Positions 39,261 through 48,095 of a DNA stretch of 48,095 nt are shown in pieces. The DNA is from Chloroflexota bacterium (GTDB lineage: Bacteria > Chloroflexota > Limnocylindria > Limnocylindrales > CSP1-4). The stretch's first letter is position 1, and each line of letters begins with the position of its first letter. The notes under the pieces are model-generated. The model was not told where the DNA came from and did no database searches. It saw only the letters and a program-made list of their open reading frames with translations. The translations under genes and the position numbers were made by a program. Where the stretch lies: positions 33,462 through 81,556 of the forward strand of contig JBBIIL010000006.1 of assembly GCA_037446495.1 (NCBI GenBank), in the 5' to 3' direction.

Positions 39261-39884
39261 ATGTCTCGCCCCACCCGCCACGATCACCTGCTCGCCGCCG
39301 CCGAGCGAATCGTGCGGCGCGATGGCGTGGGTCGCCTCACGCTCGACGCGGTCGCCGTCGAGGCGGGCGCCAGCAAGGGCGGCCTGCTGTACCACTTCGC
39401 GTCGCGGGACGCCTTGATCACCGCCATGGTTGAGCGCCACGCCACCGCCTTCAGCGCCTCGCTCGAGGCGTCGATGGCGGCAGACCCGGCGCCCCCCGGC
39501 CGCTGGACGCGCGCCTACTTGCGCTCATCCGCGTCGCCGGCCGACCCGGGGGACGGTGACGCTGCCGCCACCGGCCTGCTGGCCGCGATGGCCTCGAACC
39601 CGGCCCTGGCCGACCCACTCCGCGAGCAGTACGCCGCCTGGCGCGAGCGGGTGGCCGACGACGGCCTCCCCGAGGCCGACGCCATGATCGTCGCGCTCGC
39701 GGCCGATGGGCTCTGGATGGCCGACCTGCTCGGGTTCGCGGCACCCGCCGGTGCCCAGCGCCGCCGGATCCTCGCCCGCCTGCTCGAGATGGCAGGGGGA
39801 TCGGACCACCCGGACCACAGCCGTCCCAGCGCCGCACCAGCCGCCACCACCCGGGCGGAAGCGCCCGCGTCCCTCCGGAGGTAA
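39261..39884 (+). CDS. TetR/AcrR family transcriptional regulator
   Basis: LTLDAVAVEAGASKGGLLYHFASRDAL HTH; C-terminal LAADGLW motif. Confidence 0.93.
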   Translation: MSRPTRHDHLLAAAERIVRRDGVGRLTLDAVAVEAGASKGGLLYHFASRDALITAMVERHATAFSASLEASMAADPAPPGRWTRAYLRSSASPADPGDGDAAATGLLAAMASNPALADPLREQYAAWRERVADDGLPEADAMIVALAADGLWMADLLGFAAPAGAQRRRILARLLEMAGGSDHPDHSRPSAAPAATTRAEAPASLRR

Positions 39885-39889
39885 TCGCC

Positions 39890-40039
39890 ATGACCGTGCT
39901 CAAGCGCCTCGCCGACGTTGTCAGCCGCCTCGCCCGCATCCTCGTCCCGGCTCCCGTCGAGCCCGAGCGCGCCCCCACCGAGGACGACCTCGCGAGCGAG
40001 CGGTTCTACAACCGCCAGCGCGGATTCAACGCCGGCTGA
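39890..40039 (+). CDS. 49-aa small protein (below ORF-track cutoff)
   Basis: GGAGGT RBS (39877-39882); MTVLKRLADVVSRLARILVPAPVEPERAPTEDDLASERFYNRQRGFNAG*; nearly all codons end in G/C. Confidence 0.6.
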   Translation: MTVLKRLADVVSRLARILVPAPVEPERAPTEDDLASERFYNRQRGFNAG

Positions 40040-40074
40040 AAGCCCACCCGGCACCACCCAGGCGGCCCGGCGGC

Positions 40075-41085
40075 CTAGTCCCCGAACAGCGAGCCGAGCT
40101 CATCGACCTCGACCGGCTCCACGTCCTCGCGGAGACCGGCGAGCCGGGCAGCGCGACCGAACAGCTGCGCCGGCGTCGCGCCCGCGTCGAGCATCGTGCG
40201 CACCGCCGTGTCGCGCCCGGCCTTCGAGAGCTTCTGGCCAGAGGCGTGGCGGACCAGCGGGTGGTGGAGAAATCGCGCCGGCGTGTCGCGGCCGAGGAGC
40301 CGACCGAGGCGGAGCTGGACCGGCGTCGCGTCGAGCAGGTCGCGGCCGCGAACCACCAGGTCCACCCCGTTTGCGATGTCGTCCACGACCACGCAGAACG
40401 GGTACGTCCAGTTGCCCGCTCCGTCGCGAACCAGCAGGTCGCCGCCAGCAGCGGGCTCGTCGGCCATCGGCCCTGCCAGCAGGTCGACCCAGCGCTCGGA
40501 GCCCGCGCCCACGGCCACCCGCAGGCCCAGCCCGGGCACGGCCGGGGTGGACGCCCATGCGGCGGCCTCGTCGAGTTCCGCCAGGCGACAGCCGCCCGGA
40601 CAGCCGATCCCGTGCCAGGCGCGCCCGTGCTCCGCTCTCCAGGCGGCGCGGGTGGCCCTCGTGCAGGCGCAGGCATACACGAGGCCGGCGTCGCGGAGCC
40701 GGTCGAGCGCGGCCGCGTACGCCGCCCCGTTGTCCGACTGGCGGAACGGGGTCGCACCTGCCCGGAAGGCCGCGATCGGCGGGTCCGTCTCGGTCAGGCC
40801 CAGCCGCTCGAGATCGTCGAGGATCGCCGACTCGTACTCGGGTCGCGAGCGCTGGCGGTCGTGGTCTTCGATGCGCAGGATCACGCGGCCGCCGGTCGCC
40901 CCGGCGACTCCCCACACGTACAGCGCGTTCACCAGGTGGCCGAGGTGCAGGAGCCCTGTCGGGGCAGGAGCGAAACGGGTGACGGTCGAGGCGGGCAGGA
41001 CCCGCGGGTCGGGATGCGCGGCACCCGTGACCGAGGGGACGAACAGCTCGCCCCCGGCGTCAGTCGGGCTCGGCTCGCCGGTCAC
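40075..41085 (-). CDS. gluQ: Glutamyl-Q tRNA(Asp) synthetase-like protein (GluRS catalytic domain only)
   Basis: TRFAPAPTGLLHLGH, LRIEDHD, RQSD, YACACTR, VVVDD, VVRGRDLL, KLSK; no anticodon-binding domain. Start uncertain (GTG 41085). Confidence 0.85.
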   Translation of the reverse strand: MTGEPSPTDAGGELFVPSVTGAAHPDPRVLPASTVTRFAPAPTGLLHLGHLVNALYVWGVAGATGGRVILRIEDHDRQRSRPEYESAILDDLERLGLTETDPPIAAFRAGATPFRQSDNGAAYAAALDRLRDAGLVYACACTRATRAAWRAEHGRAWHGIGCPGGCRLAELDEAAAWASTPAVPGLGLRVAVGAGSERWVDLLAGPMADEPAAGGDLLVRDGAGNWTYPFCVVVDDIANGVDLVVRGRDLLDATPVQLRLGRLLGRDTPARFLHHPLVRHASGQKLSKAGRDTAVRTMLDAGATPAQLFGRAARLAGLREDVEPVEVDELGSLFGD

Positions 41086-41410
41086 GGTCGCGATGCTCAA
41101 CCCCACGGGTGGCGGCGACGACCCGCCGGTAGATCGAGAGCAGGTCGGCCTGCGTGAGCGGCCCGCCGTTGGCCATCGCGACGCGCAGCAGGACCTCGCG
41201 CTCGCGCTCCGGGTCGTGGACGGCACGACGGCCCGCCCTCGACTTGAGGCGCCCCGCCGCACGGCCCATCTCCGCACGCTGGTTGAGCAGCTCCACGATC
41301 CGGCGGTCGAGCGCGTCGATCTCGTCGCGGACCTGCGAGAGGTCCGCAGCCGCGTCCTCGCGCTCTGCGGAGGTGGGACGGTGGGGGCCGCTCGGCCGCT
41401 CCTCGCTCAC
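41060..41410 (-). CDS. Monofunctional chorismate mutase (AroQ-class, CM_2)
   Basis: LSQVRDEIDALDRRIVELLNQR...K......HDPERERE; GTGA overlap with the dehydroquinase stop. Confidence 0.9.
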   Translation of the reverse strand: MSEERPSGPHRPTSAEREDAAADLSQVRDEIDALDRRIVELLNQRAEMGRAAGRLKSRAGRRAVHDPEREREVLLRVAMANGGPLTQADLLSIYRRVVAATRGVEHRDRDRRAEPD

Positions 41411-41844
41411 GCGGCGCCCCCGAAGCGGGCCGCGATCTGCTCCAGCGCCTCGGTGTAGCCGCGCGCCCCGTGCCCTGCGATCGTCTCCGTCGCGATGTCG
41501 TGGAGGAAGTTCGTCGTGCGGAACGCCTCGCGCTGCCAGGGGTCCGAGAGGTGCACCTCCCAGAACGGGCGGTGAACGGCGAGGAGCGCGTCGCGCAGGG
41601 CGACCGAGGTGTGGGTGTAGCCAGCGGCGTTGATGATCACGACGTCGAAGTCGCGCTCGTGCAGGCGGTCGATGAGCGCGCCCTCGTGGTTGGACTGGAA
41701 GAACGCGATGTCCACGCCCAGCTCGGACGCGCGCGCCGCGAGTCCGCGGTGGATGGCGTCCAGCGTGTCGTGCCCGTAGATCGCCGGCTCGCGGGTCCCG
41801 AGCAGGTTCAGGTTGGGCCCCTGGAGCACCAGCACCCGCGTCAC
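41407..41844 (-). CDS. aroQ: Type II 3-dehydroquinate dehydratase
   Basis: LQGPNLNLLGTREPAIYG, FQSNHEG, INAAGYTHTSVALRDA, EVHLS. Confidence 0.96.
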   Translation of the reverse strand: MTRVLVLQGPNLNLLGTREPAIYGHDTLDAIHRGLAARASELGVDIAFFQSNHEGALIDRLHERDFDVVIINAAGYTHTSVALRDALLAVHRPFWEVHLSDPWQREAFRTTNFLHDIATETIAGHGARGYTEALEQIAARFGGAA

Positions 41845-43487
41845 GCAGCCCCTCCCGCCGGCGTCCCGGCCACCACGCTCGCCACCGCGGCACTGACCGG
41901 CTCCGACGGCACGTCGTCTCGGATCGCCACGCCGTCCGCGGTCGGCAGGACCCAGCGCAGCCTCCCTCCAGCGTGCTTCTTGTCGGTCCCGGTCGCCTCC
42001 ACCACCGCGTCGGGGGCGAACGGGAGCCTCGCCCGGCCGAGGTCGAGCCGGTCCAGCAGCCCCTCAATCTGCGCGGCGCGCTCCGTCGGGGTGACCCCGA
42101 GCGCGACGCCGATCCGCGCGGCAGCCCGGAGCCCGTACGCGACGGCCTCGCCGTGAAGCAGGTTCGCGTAGCCGTCCACGGCCTCGAGCGCGTGGGCCAC
42201 CGTGTGGCCGAGGTTGAGGGCGATCCGTCCGCTCGCAGCGCCCTGCTCGCGCTCGTCGGCGATCACCACCTCGACCTTCGCCCAGGCTGCGCGCTCGACC
42301 ACCTCGGCCAGCGCGCCGCTCTCGAACGCCGAGCCGTCGCCGCGCGCGATTGCCGCGCCGTCAGCCTCGACCGCGGCAAACAGCGCCTCGTCGCCGAGCG
42401 CCGCCATCTTGACGATCTCGCCCATCGCCGCGCGGACCTGGCGCTCCGGCAGGGTCCGCAGCAGCGCCACGTCCATCACGATCGCCGCGGGCTGGTGGAA
42501 GGCGCCCAGCAGGTTCTTGCCCTCGGGCAGGTCGACGCCGGTCTTGCCGCCGATCGAGCTGTCCACCTGCGCCACGAGCGTCGTTGGCACCCCGATCCAT
42601 GGCACGCCGCGCAGGTACGCGGCGGCGAGGAAGCCAGCCGGATCGCCCAGCGCCCCGCCCCCGATGGCGACCAGCGGCTCGCCGCGCTCCACGCGGAGGC
42701 GGGCGAGCTGCCGGGCGGCGTCCTCGATGATCGGGAGACGCTTCGCATCCTCGCCCGCCGGGAGAATCAGCGTGTCCACCGCCCAGCCGGCGGACCGCAG
42801 CCCCGCTGCAATGCCCTCGCCGGCGGCGCCCCATGCACCGGGCTCGGAGACCAGGACCGCCCGCCGCGCGCCGAGGCGCCGCAACGCACCGTCGAGCGCG
42901 CTCGCTCCCATGCCCTCGCCGATGGTCAGCTCGCCGATCGGCGTGTGCGCGTGGAGGAGCGTGGTGCCGAGCGGGGCCGCGGCGAGGAGCGCCTCCACCT
43001 GCGCCACGACGCTCGACATCTCCGCCACGGCGTTGATGCGCGTGCCGGCGCCGTAGAAGCGGTCCCGAGCGGCGGCCAGCGCGCGAATCCTGCCGAGCGG
43101 GTCGGGCCCCTGGACCAGCGGCCGCACCACCGGTGAGCGCCGGAGCCGCTGCGCGAGCACCTCGGGCCGGACGTCGAGCCACACCACGTGCCGGCCGCGG
43201 AACAGGGACCAGCGGTTGCGCGGATCGAGGACGGCGCCCCCGCCGGGCGAGATGACGCGGTGGAGCCCCGCGCCTGTGTCCGCCGGCCCCAGGGCGGCCA
43301 CCGCGGCCCGCTCGCGGCGGCGGAAGCCCGCCTCCCCGCCCTCCGCGAAGATTTCGGGGATGGGCCGGCCCGCCTGCGCCTCGACCTCGTCGTCGAGGTC
43401 CACGAACGTCGCTGCGTGGCGCGCGGCCAGGCGCCGGCCGATCGCCGACTTGCCGCTCCCGGGGAGCCCGACGAGGACGAGGTCCAT
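41841..43487 (-). CDS. aroKB: Bifunctional shikimate kinase / 3-dehydroquinate synthase
   Basis: AroK: LVGLPGSGKS, DLDDEVE, GEAGFRRRE, GGGAV, RPL. AroB: GEDAK, GGGALGD, PTTLVAQVDSSIGGKTG, KNLLGAFHQP, LNLGHTVAHALE, HGEAV, DKK. GGAG RBS before ATG 43487. Confidence 0.94.
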   Translation of the reverse strand: MDLVLVGLPGSGKSAIGRRLAARHAATFVDLDDEVEAQAGRPIPEIFAEGGEAGFRRRERAAVAALGPADTGAGLHRVISPGGGAVLDPRNRWSLFRGRHVVWLDVRPEVLAQRLRRSPVVRPLVQGPDPLGRIRALAAARDRFYGAGTRINAVAEMSSVVAQVEALLAAAPLGTTLLHAHTPIGELTIGEGMGASALDGALRRLGARRAVLVSEPGAWGAAGEGIAAGLRSAGWAVDTLILPAGEDAKRLPIIEDAARQLARLRVERGEPLVAIGGGALGDPAGFLAAAYLRGVPWIGVPTTLVAQVDSSIGGKTGVDLPEGKNLLGAFHQPAAIVMDVALLRTLPERQVRAAMGEIVKMAALGDEALFAAVEADGAAIARGDGSAFESGALAEVVERAAWAKVEVVIADEREQGAASGRIALNLGHTVAHALEAVDGYANLLHGEAVAYGLRAAARIGVALGVTPTERAAQIEGLLDRLDLGRARLPFAPDAVVEATGTDKKHAGGRLRWVLPTADGVAIRDDVPSEPVSAAVASVVAGTPAGGAA

Positions 43488-43491
43488 CGGC

Positions 43492-44754
43492 CTAGGCTCC
43501 GGCGGCGTGCCCGCCCGAGCCGTCACCGGGAACGGGCGGGGCGGGCTGGACGGCAATCCGCTCGCGGTACCGGCGCAGGTTGTCCGCGACCTCGGCCATC
43601 GAATCGCCGCCGGTCTTCTCCAGGACGAAGCGGGCGATGGTGAGCATCACCATGGACTCGCCGATCACGCCCGCGGCGGGCACGACCGAGATGTCGCTGC
43701 GCTCGTAGTGGGCGGCCTCCACCGGCTCGCCCGAGATCAGGTCCGACGTGGGCAGCGGCCGGGCGAGCGTGGAGATGGGCTTCACCGCGCCCCGGATCAC
43801 GATGGGCTCGCCGTTCGTGACGCCGCCCGTCAGGCCGCCGGCATTGTTGGTGCGGTGGACCCACGTGCCGTCGGCGCGGCGGCCCTCGATGACGTCGTGA
43901 ACCTGGCTGCCGAGGCGCCGCGTCTGCTCGAAGCCGAGGCCGAACTCCACGCCCTTCACGATGTGGATGCTCATGACGGCTGCCGCGAGCGCCGCGTCAA
44001 GGCGGCGATCCCAGTGCACGTAGCTGCCGAGGCCGATAGGCGTGCCGTGGACCACCACCTCGAAGACGCCGCCGACGGTGTCGCCGTTGCTGCGCGCCTC
44101 GTCGATGCGGGCGATCATCGCCGCCTCGGCATCAGGGTCCGGGCAGCGGAGCGGGGAGGCGTCCGCCTCCTCTCGCGAGCGTGTGCAGTTGGCCGGATCA
44201 ACCGCCACGCCGCCCACCTCGGCGGTGAACGACCAGACGTCGATGCCCAGCGCGCGCAGGAACGCCCGGGCGATCCCGCCCGCAGCCACGCGCGCTGCCG
44301 TCTCGCGCGCGGACGATCGCTCGAGCACGTTGCGGACGTCGTTGAAGCCGTACTTGAGGGCGCCGGCGAGGTCCGCGTGGCCGGGCCGAACGCGGGTGAT
44401 CGGCAGGGCTCGCTTCATGCCGCCCTCGGCGAGCTCCGCCAGCTCGGCGGCCTCCTCGCCGGACAGGGGGCCCACTTGCATGACGCGGGTCCAGTTCGGC
44501 CAGTCGCGGTTGGCCACCTCGAGCAGGATCGGCGAGCCCAGCGTCCGCCCGTGGCGCACGCCCGACAGAATCGTCGCGTGGTCCTGCTCGATGGTCTGGC
44601 GCGCGCCGCGGCCGTACCCGCGCTGCCGGCGGGCGAGGTCCACCTCGAGGTCGTCCTCGGTGAGCGCAAGGCCGGCGGGGACGCCCTCCACCACGGCCCC
44701 CAGCGAGGGCCCGTGGCTCTCGCCGGCCGTGATGAAGCGGAAACGGTCCACCAT
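43492..44754 (-). CDS. aroC: Chorismate synthase
   Basis: FITAGESHGP, RRQRGYGRGAR, RPGHADL, ERSSARETAARVA, GDTVGG, NNAGGLTGG, ERSD; ATG at 44754. Confidence 0.97.
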   Translation of the reverse strand: MVDRFRFITAGESHGPSLGAVVEGVPAGLALTEDDLEVDLARRQRGYGRGARQTIEQDHATILSGVRHGRTLGSPILLEVANRDWPNWTRVMQVGPLSGEEAAELAELAEGGMKRALPITRVRPGHADLAGALKYGFNDVRNVLERSSARETAARVAAGGIARAFLRALGIDVWSFTAEVGGVAVDPANCTRSREEADASPLRCPDPDAEAAMIARIDEARSNGDTVGGVFEVVVHGTPIGLGSYVHWDRRLDAALAAAVMSIHIVKGVEFGLGFEQTRRLGSQVHDVIEGRRADGTWVHRTNNAGGLTGGVTNGEPIVIRGAVKPISTLARPLPTSDLISGEPVEAAHYERSDISVVPAAGVIGESMVMLTIARFVLEKTGGDSMAEVADNLRRYRERIAVQPAPPVPGDGSGGHAAGA

Positions 44755-44767
44755 GCCCTCCTGGCCG

Positions 44768-45652
44768 TTAGGCCGCGTCGCCGTCCGTTCCGGGTTCGCC
44801 CTCGGTGGAGGTGACCCCACCCGAACGCGAGGCCCGGAGCGCCGCGTGCATGACCTCGATCGGCGCGTCCTGGCCGGTCCACAGCGTGAACGCAGCCGCT
44901 CCCTGGTGGAGCAGCATGATCTCGCCATCGGATGTGGCGCAGCCCGCCGCGGCCGCGTCGCGCAGCAGCCTCGTCGGCTTGTAGATGAGGTCGAGGACGA
45001 GCAGGTCCGACGTCAGGATCTCGCCCGGGACCGGCGACTCGTCGTCGCCCAGGCCGATGGACGTGGCGTTGATGAGCACCTTCGACTTCGAGAGCTCCGC
45101 CTCGATGATCGAGTCGTGCCAGGGCATGGCTCGCAGGTCCATGTGCGATGCTGAGCGGCCGAAGTGCTTGACCATCTGCTCGCCCCGGTGGAGGTGGCGA
45201 TTGAACACCACCACCCGCTGGAAGCCCTCGCGGATGAGCCCGTAGACCACGGCCCTGGCCCCGCCGCCGGCACCCAGCACCACGGCCTGCCGGGGCATCT
45301 TCTGGCGCCCCACCAGCGTGTCGAGCGCGACCTTGAAGCCCGCCACGTCGGTGTTGTGGCCGACGAGCTTGCGCCCCTCCTTGGTGAGTGTGTTCAGGGC
45401 GCCGGTCGCATGCGCGTCGTCCGTCTGGCGGTCCACCAGCGGCACGACGCGCTCCTTGTGGGGAATCGTGATGTTGGCGCCCAGGAAGTCCTCGTTGCGC
45501 AGCTCGGCGATCGCCTCGGCGATCTGGGCCGGCGGGCGGTCGCAGAGCTCGTACCGGGCATCGATCCCCAGGTGGTCGAATGCCGCCTGGTGCATCGCGC
45601 CCGACAGGGAGTGGGCCACCGGATGGCCGATCAGGACGACTCGCTTCGTCAT
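44768..45652 (-). CDS. aroE: Shikimate dehydrogenase
   Basis: GHPVAHSLS, GANITIPHK, GALNT, GHNTD, LGAGGGARA, NATSIG, DLIY, MLLHQG; ATGA overlap with aroA. Confidence 0.96.
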   Translation of the reverse strand: MTKRVVLIGHPVAHSLSGAMHQAAFDHLGIDARYELCDRPPAQIAEAIAELRNEDFLGANITIPHKERVVPLVDRQTDDAHATGALNTLTKEGRKLVGHNTDVAGFKVALDTLVGRQKMPRQAVVLGAGGGARAVVYGLIREGFQRVVVFNRHLHRGEQMVKHFGRSASHMDLRAMPWHDSIIEAELSKSKVLINATSIGLGDDESPVPGEILTSDLLVLDLIYKPTRLLRDAAAAGCATSDGEIMLLHQGAAAFTLWTGQDAPIEVMHAALRASRSGGVTSTEGEPGTDGDAA

Positions 45653-46977
45653 GCACGCACTCCTTCGAGTTCGCGGAAGAAGCCGGGGTACGAGATCGCC
45701 GCCGACCCGGGTCGGCGGACGATGGTCTCGCCCTCGGCGATGAGGCCCGCGACGGCGAACGTCATCGCGAGCCGGTGGTCGTCCAGTGTCTCGGTCACGG
45801 CGCCCACCAGACGCCGGCCACCCTCGATCTCGATGTCGTCGCCCGCGCTGCGCACCCGCGCGCCCAGGCTCGTGAGCCCCTCCGCGATCCCGGCGATCCG
45901 GTCGGACTCCTTGTGCCGCAGTTCCCCCGCGCCGCGGATGCGCGTCGTCCCCTCGGCCGCGGCTGCGGCCAGGCACAGCACCGGGATCTCGTCGATCGCC
46001 GCGGCCACCTCGGCCGGGCCGAGGTCGACGGCCCGCAGCCGGCTCGACCGCACCACCAGGTCCGCAGTGGGCTCGCCGACCGCCCCCGCTGGGGTGGGCC
46101 GGTCGTGCTCCTCGATGTCGGCGCCCATGCGCCGCAGGATGTCGATGATGGCACGCCGCGTCGGGTTCGTGCTGACGCCGTCGAGGCGCAGCTCGGCATC
46201 CGGGTGGATCGCCCCCGCAACCAGCCAGAACGCGGCGCCGGACGGGTCCGACGGGACGCTCTCGTCGATCGCGGCCACGGTCGCGGGTCCGGTGAGGCGC
46301 ACTTCGTGGCGCCCGTCCTCGGTCGTCCCCTCGCCCACGGCCACGCCACGGGCGCGCAGCATCCGCTCGGTGTGGTCGCGCGTGGCCACGGCCTCGGTGA
46401 CGCGTGTGTCGCCCTGCGCCGCAAGGCCCGCCAGCAGGATCGCGGACTTCACCTGGGCCGACGGGACCGGCGTGTCGTAGTCGATGGGGCGAAGCATCGC
46501 CTGCCCGGTCACGGCCAGCGGCAGGAGGCTCGCCCCGTGCCGCCCCGCGAACGAGGCGCCCATCGCGCGCAGCGGCTCCACCACGCGGGCCATCGGGCGG
46601 CGGCGCAGCGAGGCGTCGCCGTCGAGCACCGCGAACAGGGGGCGCCCCGCGAGGAGGCCGCACACCAGGCGTGTCGTCGTGCCGGAGTTGCCGCACTCGA
46701 GAATCGCGTCGGGCTCGACCAGCGCGCTCCCGCCCGGCGATGTGACGCGGTAGTCCACCCGGCCCTCCCGCTCGACCAGCCGCTCGACGGTGGCGCCCAG
46801 CGCTCGAACGATGCCCGCCGTGGAGCGGACGTCCTCGCCGTCACCGGCCGCCGTGATCCGGCTCTCGCCCTGGGCGAGGAGCGCGAGCAGCAGCGCCCGG
46901 TGCGAGATCGACTTGTCGCCGGGCAGGGCAGGACTCCCGCGCAGGCGCGCGGCGGGTCGGACGACGAGGTCGTCCAC
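45649..46977 (-). CDS. aroA: EPSP synthase (class II type)
   Basis: PGDKSISHRA, CGNSGTTTRL, GDASLRRRPM, SAQVKSA, RDHTERML, NPTR, IDEIP, ELRHKESDRI, DHRLAM, SYPGF. Confidence 0.97.
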   Translation of the reverse strand: MDDLVVRPAARLRGSPALPGDKSISHRALLLALLAQGESRITAAGDGEDVRSTAGIVRALGATVERLVEREGRVDYRVTSPGGSALVEPDAILECGNSGTTTRLVCGLLAGRPLFAVLDGDASLRRRPMARVVEPLRAMGASFAGRHGASLLPLAVTGQAMLRPIDYDTPVPSAQVKSAILLAGLAAQGDTRVTEAVATRDHTERMLRARGVAVGEGTTEDGRHEVRLTGPATVAAIDESVPSDPSGAAFWLVAGAIHPDAELRLDGVSTNPTRRAIIDILRRMGADIEEHDRPTPAGAVGEPTADLVVRSSRLRAVDLGPAEVAAAIDEIPVLCLAAAAAEGTTRIRGAGELRHKESDRIAGIAEGLTSLGARVRSAGDDIEIEGGRRLVGAVTETLDDHRLAMTFAVAGLIAEGETIVRRPGSAAISYPGFFRELEGVRA

Positions 46978-46981
46978 GGGC

Positions 46982-48046
46982 TCAGACCCTCCCGCTGTCG
47001 GTGAGCGACGGCGGCAGCAGATCCCCGTGGAGGTCGCGCACGTGCGTGTGCACGGCGGTGACGGCGGCCATCATCGAGTCGAAGCCCGCGAAGTCCAGCT
47101 GCTGCTCGGCGTCGGACAGGGCCTCGTCGGGCCGCGGGTGGACCTCGACCATGATCCCGTCGGCGCCGACGGCCGCCCCGCCGATGGCGAGGGGCTTCAC
47201 CAGCCAGCGCTTCCCGGTGGCGTGCGACGGGTCCACGATGATCGGCAGGTGGGTCAGGTGGTGCATCAGCGGCACCGCCGTGAGGTCGAGCGTGTTGCGG
47301 GTGGTCGTGTCGAAGGTTCGCACGCCGCGCTCGCAGAGGATGATCTGGCTGTTGCCGGCAGACGCGATGTACTCAGCGGCCATCAGCCACTCCTCGATCG
47401 TGTTGCCGAAGCCGCGCTTGAGCATCACGGGACGCCCCGCCCGGCCGCACGCGAGCAGCAGCGAGAAGTTCTGCATGTTGCGCGTGCCGATCTGGAGGAT
47501 GTCGGCGTACTCAGCGACGATGTCGACCTGGTTGGGCTCCATCACCTCAGTGATCACCGGCAGGCCCGACCGCTGCCGCGCCTCGGCAAGGTAGCGCAGC
47601 CCCTCGACGCCCAGGCCCTGGAAGGAGTAGGGGCTGGTGCGCGGCTTGAACGCGCCGCCGCGGATGATCGTGGCGCCGTGGGCGGAGACGTGGTCCACGG
47701 TCTCGAGCAGCTGGTCTCGGCTCTCCACCGAGCACGGGCCGGCCATCACGGTGAGCCCGCCGTCGCCCACCGCGGTGTCCAGCACCCGGATGACGGTGTT
47801 CTGGGGATGGAACTCGCGCGAGACCAGCTTGTACGGCTTCGAGATCGCCGTGACCTGGGCCACCCCGGGCAGGGACTCGAGCCGGCCCTTGAGCTGTTCA
47901 CGGCGCTTGCCGATCTCGCCCACGACCGCGATCACCGTCCTGTCGGCGCCCGCGTTCTCAAACGGGGTCAGGCCCTCCGCGAGGATCAGGCCCTTCACGC
48001 CGATGACCTCGGCCTCGCCGGCTCCGGCCCGCATCACCACGAACAT
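46982..48046 (-). CDS. aroF: DAHP synthase, type I-beta with N-terminal regulatory domain
   Basis: AGPCSVE, RGGAFKPRTSPYSFQG, QIGTRNMQNF, KRG, LCERG, DPSH, EVHP, SDAEQ; ~70-aa ferredoxin/ACT-like N-terminus. Confidence 0.95.
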   Translation of the reverse strand: MFVVMRAGAGEAEVIGVKGLILAEGLTPFENAGADRTVIAVVGEIGKRREQLKGRLESLPGVAQVTAISKPYKLVSREFHPQNTVIRVLDTAVGDGGLTVMAGPCSVESRDQLLETVDHVSAHGATIIRGGAFKPRTSPYSFQGLGVEGLRYLAEARQRSGLPVITEVMEPNQVDIVAEYADILQIGTRNMQNFSLLLACGRAGRPVMLKRGFGNTIEEWLMAAEYIASAGNSQIILCERGVRTFDTTTRNTLDLTAVPLMHHLTHLPIIVDPSHATGKRWLVKPLAIGGAAVGADGIMVEVHPRPDEALSDAEQQLDFAGFDSMMAAVTAVHTHVRDLHGDLLPPSLTDSGRV

Positions 48047-48095
48047 GTCGCTTCCTAGTTCCTTGCGCTGGTGGGGGAGTGCGTCGCAGGAATGA

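Noticed and set aside
40075-41277. Full glutamate--tRNA ligase (gltX), or a 400-aa product starting at 41277
   Set aside because: It lacks the C-terminal anticodon-binding domain, and the N-terminal extension overlaps the chorismate mutase gene in another frame.

Overview
A very GC-rich bacterial chromosome segment, mostly core metabolism. The greA-lysS(class I)-serS synteny, the T-box-controlled trp operon and the monoderm-type cydABDC suggest Chloroflexota (Limnocylindria-like); this is inference only. Left to right it encodes: an NCS2 purine permease (5'-truncated), an M16 peptidase, a TPR-like hypothetical, ndk, a minus-strand lepB operon with two orphan membrane proteins (one a degenerate NuoL/M/N-MrpD-like antiporter subunit), a K+-independent H+-pyrophosphatase, uppP, argR, greA (with a promoter-proximal terminator), class I LysRS, serS, two RDD paralogs and tRNA-Ser(UGA). 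Next come a MacA/MacB-like exporter lacking its ATPase gene and a Trp T-box riboswitch heading trpE-trpG-trpD-[trpC-trpF-trpB triple fusion]-trpA. These are followed by a 153-bp symmetric four-palindrome element, a DinB-like protein, a Cys-rich PAS-LuxR regulator in front of cydABDC, an amidase, an AAA-ATPase/DUF234-type gene with an operator-like repeat, and a TetR gene with a perfect operator plus a 49-aa microprotein. The window ends with a complete minus-strand shikimate operon (aroF-aroA-aroE-aroC-aroKB-aroQ-chorismate mutase) followed by gluQ. I saw no CRISPR array, integrase, transposase or rRNA. All calls come from reading motifs by eye; no database searches were run.
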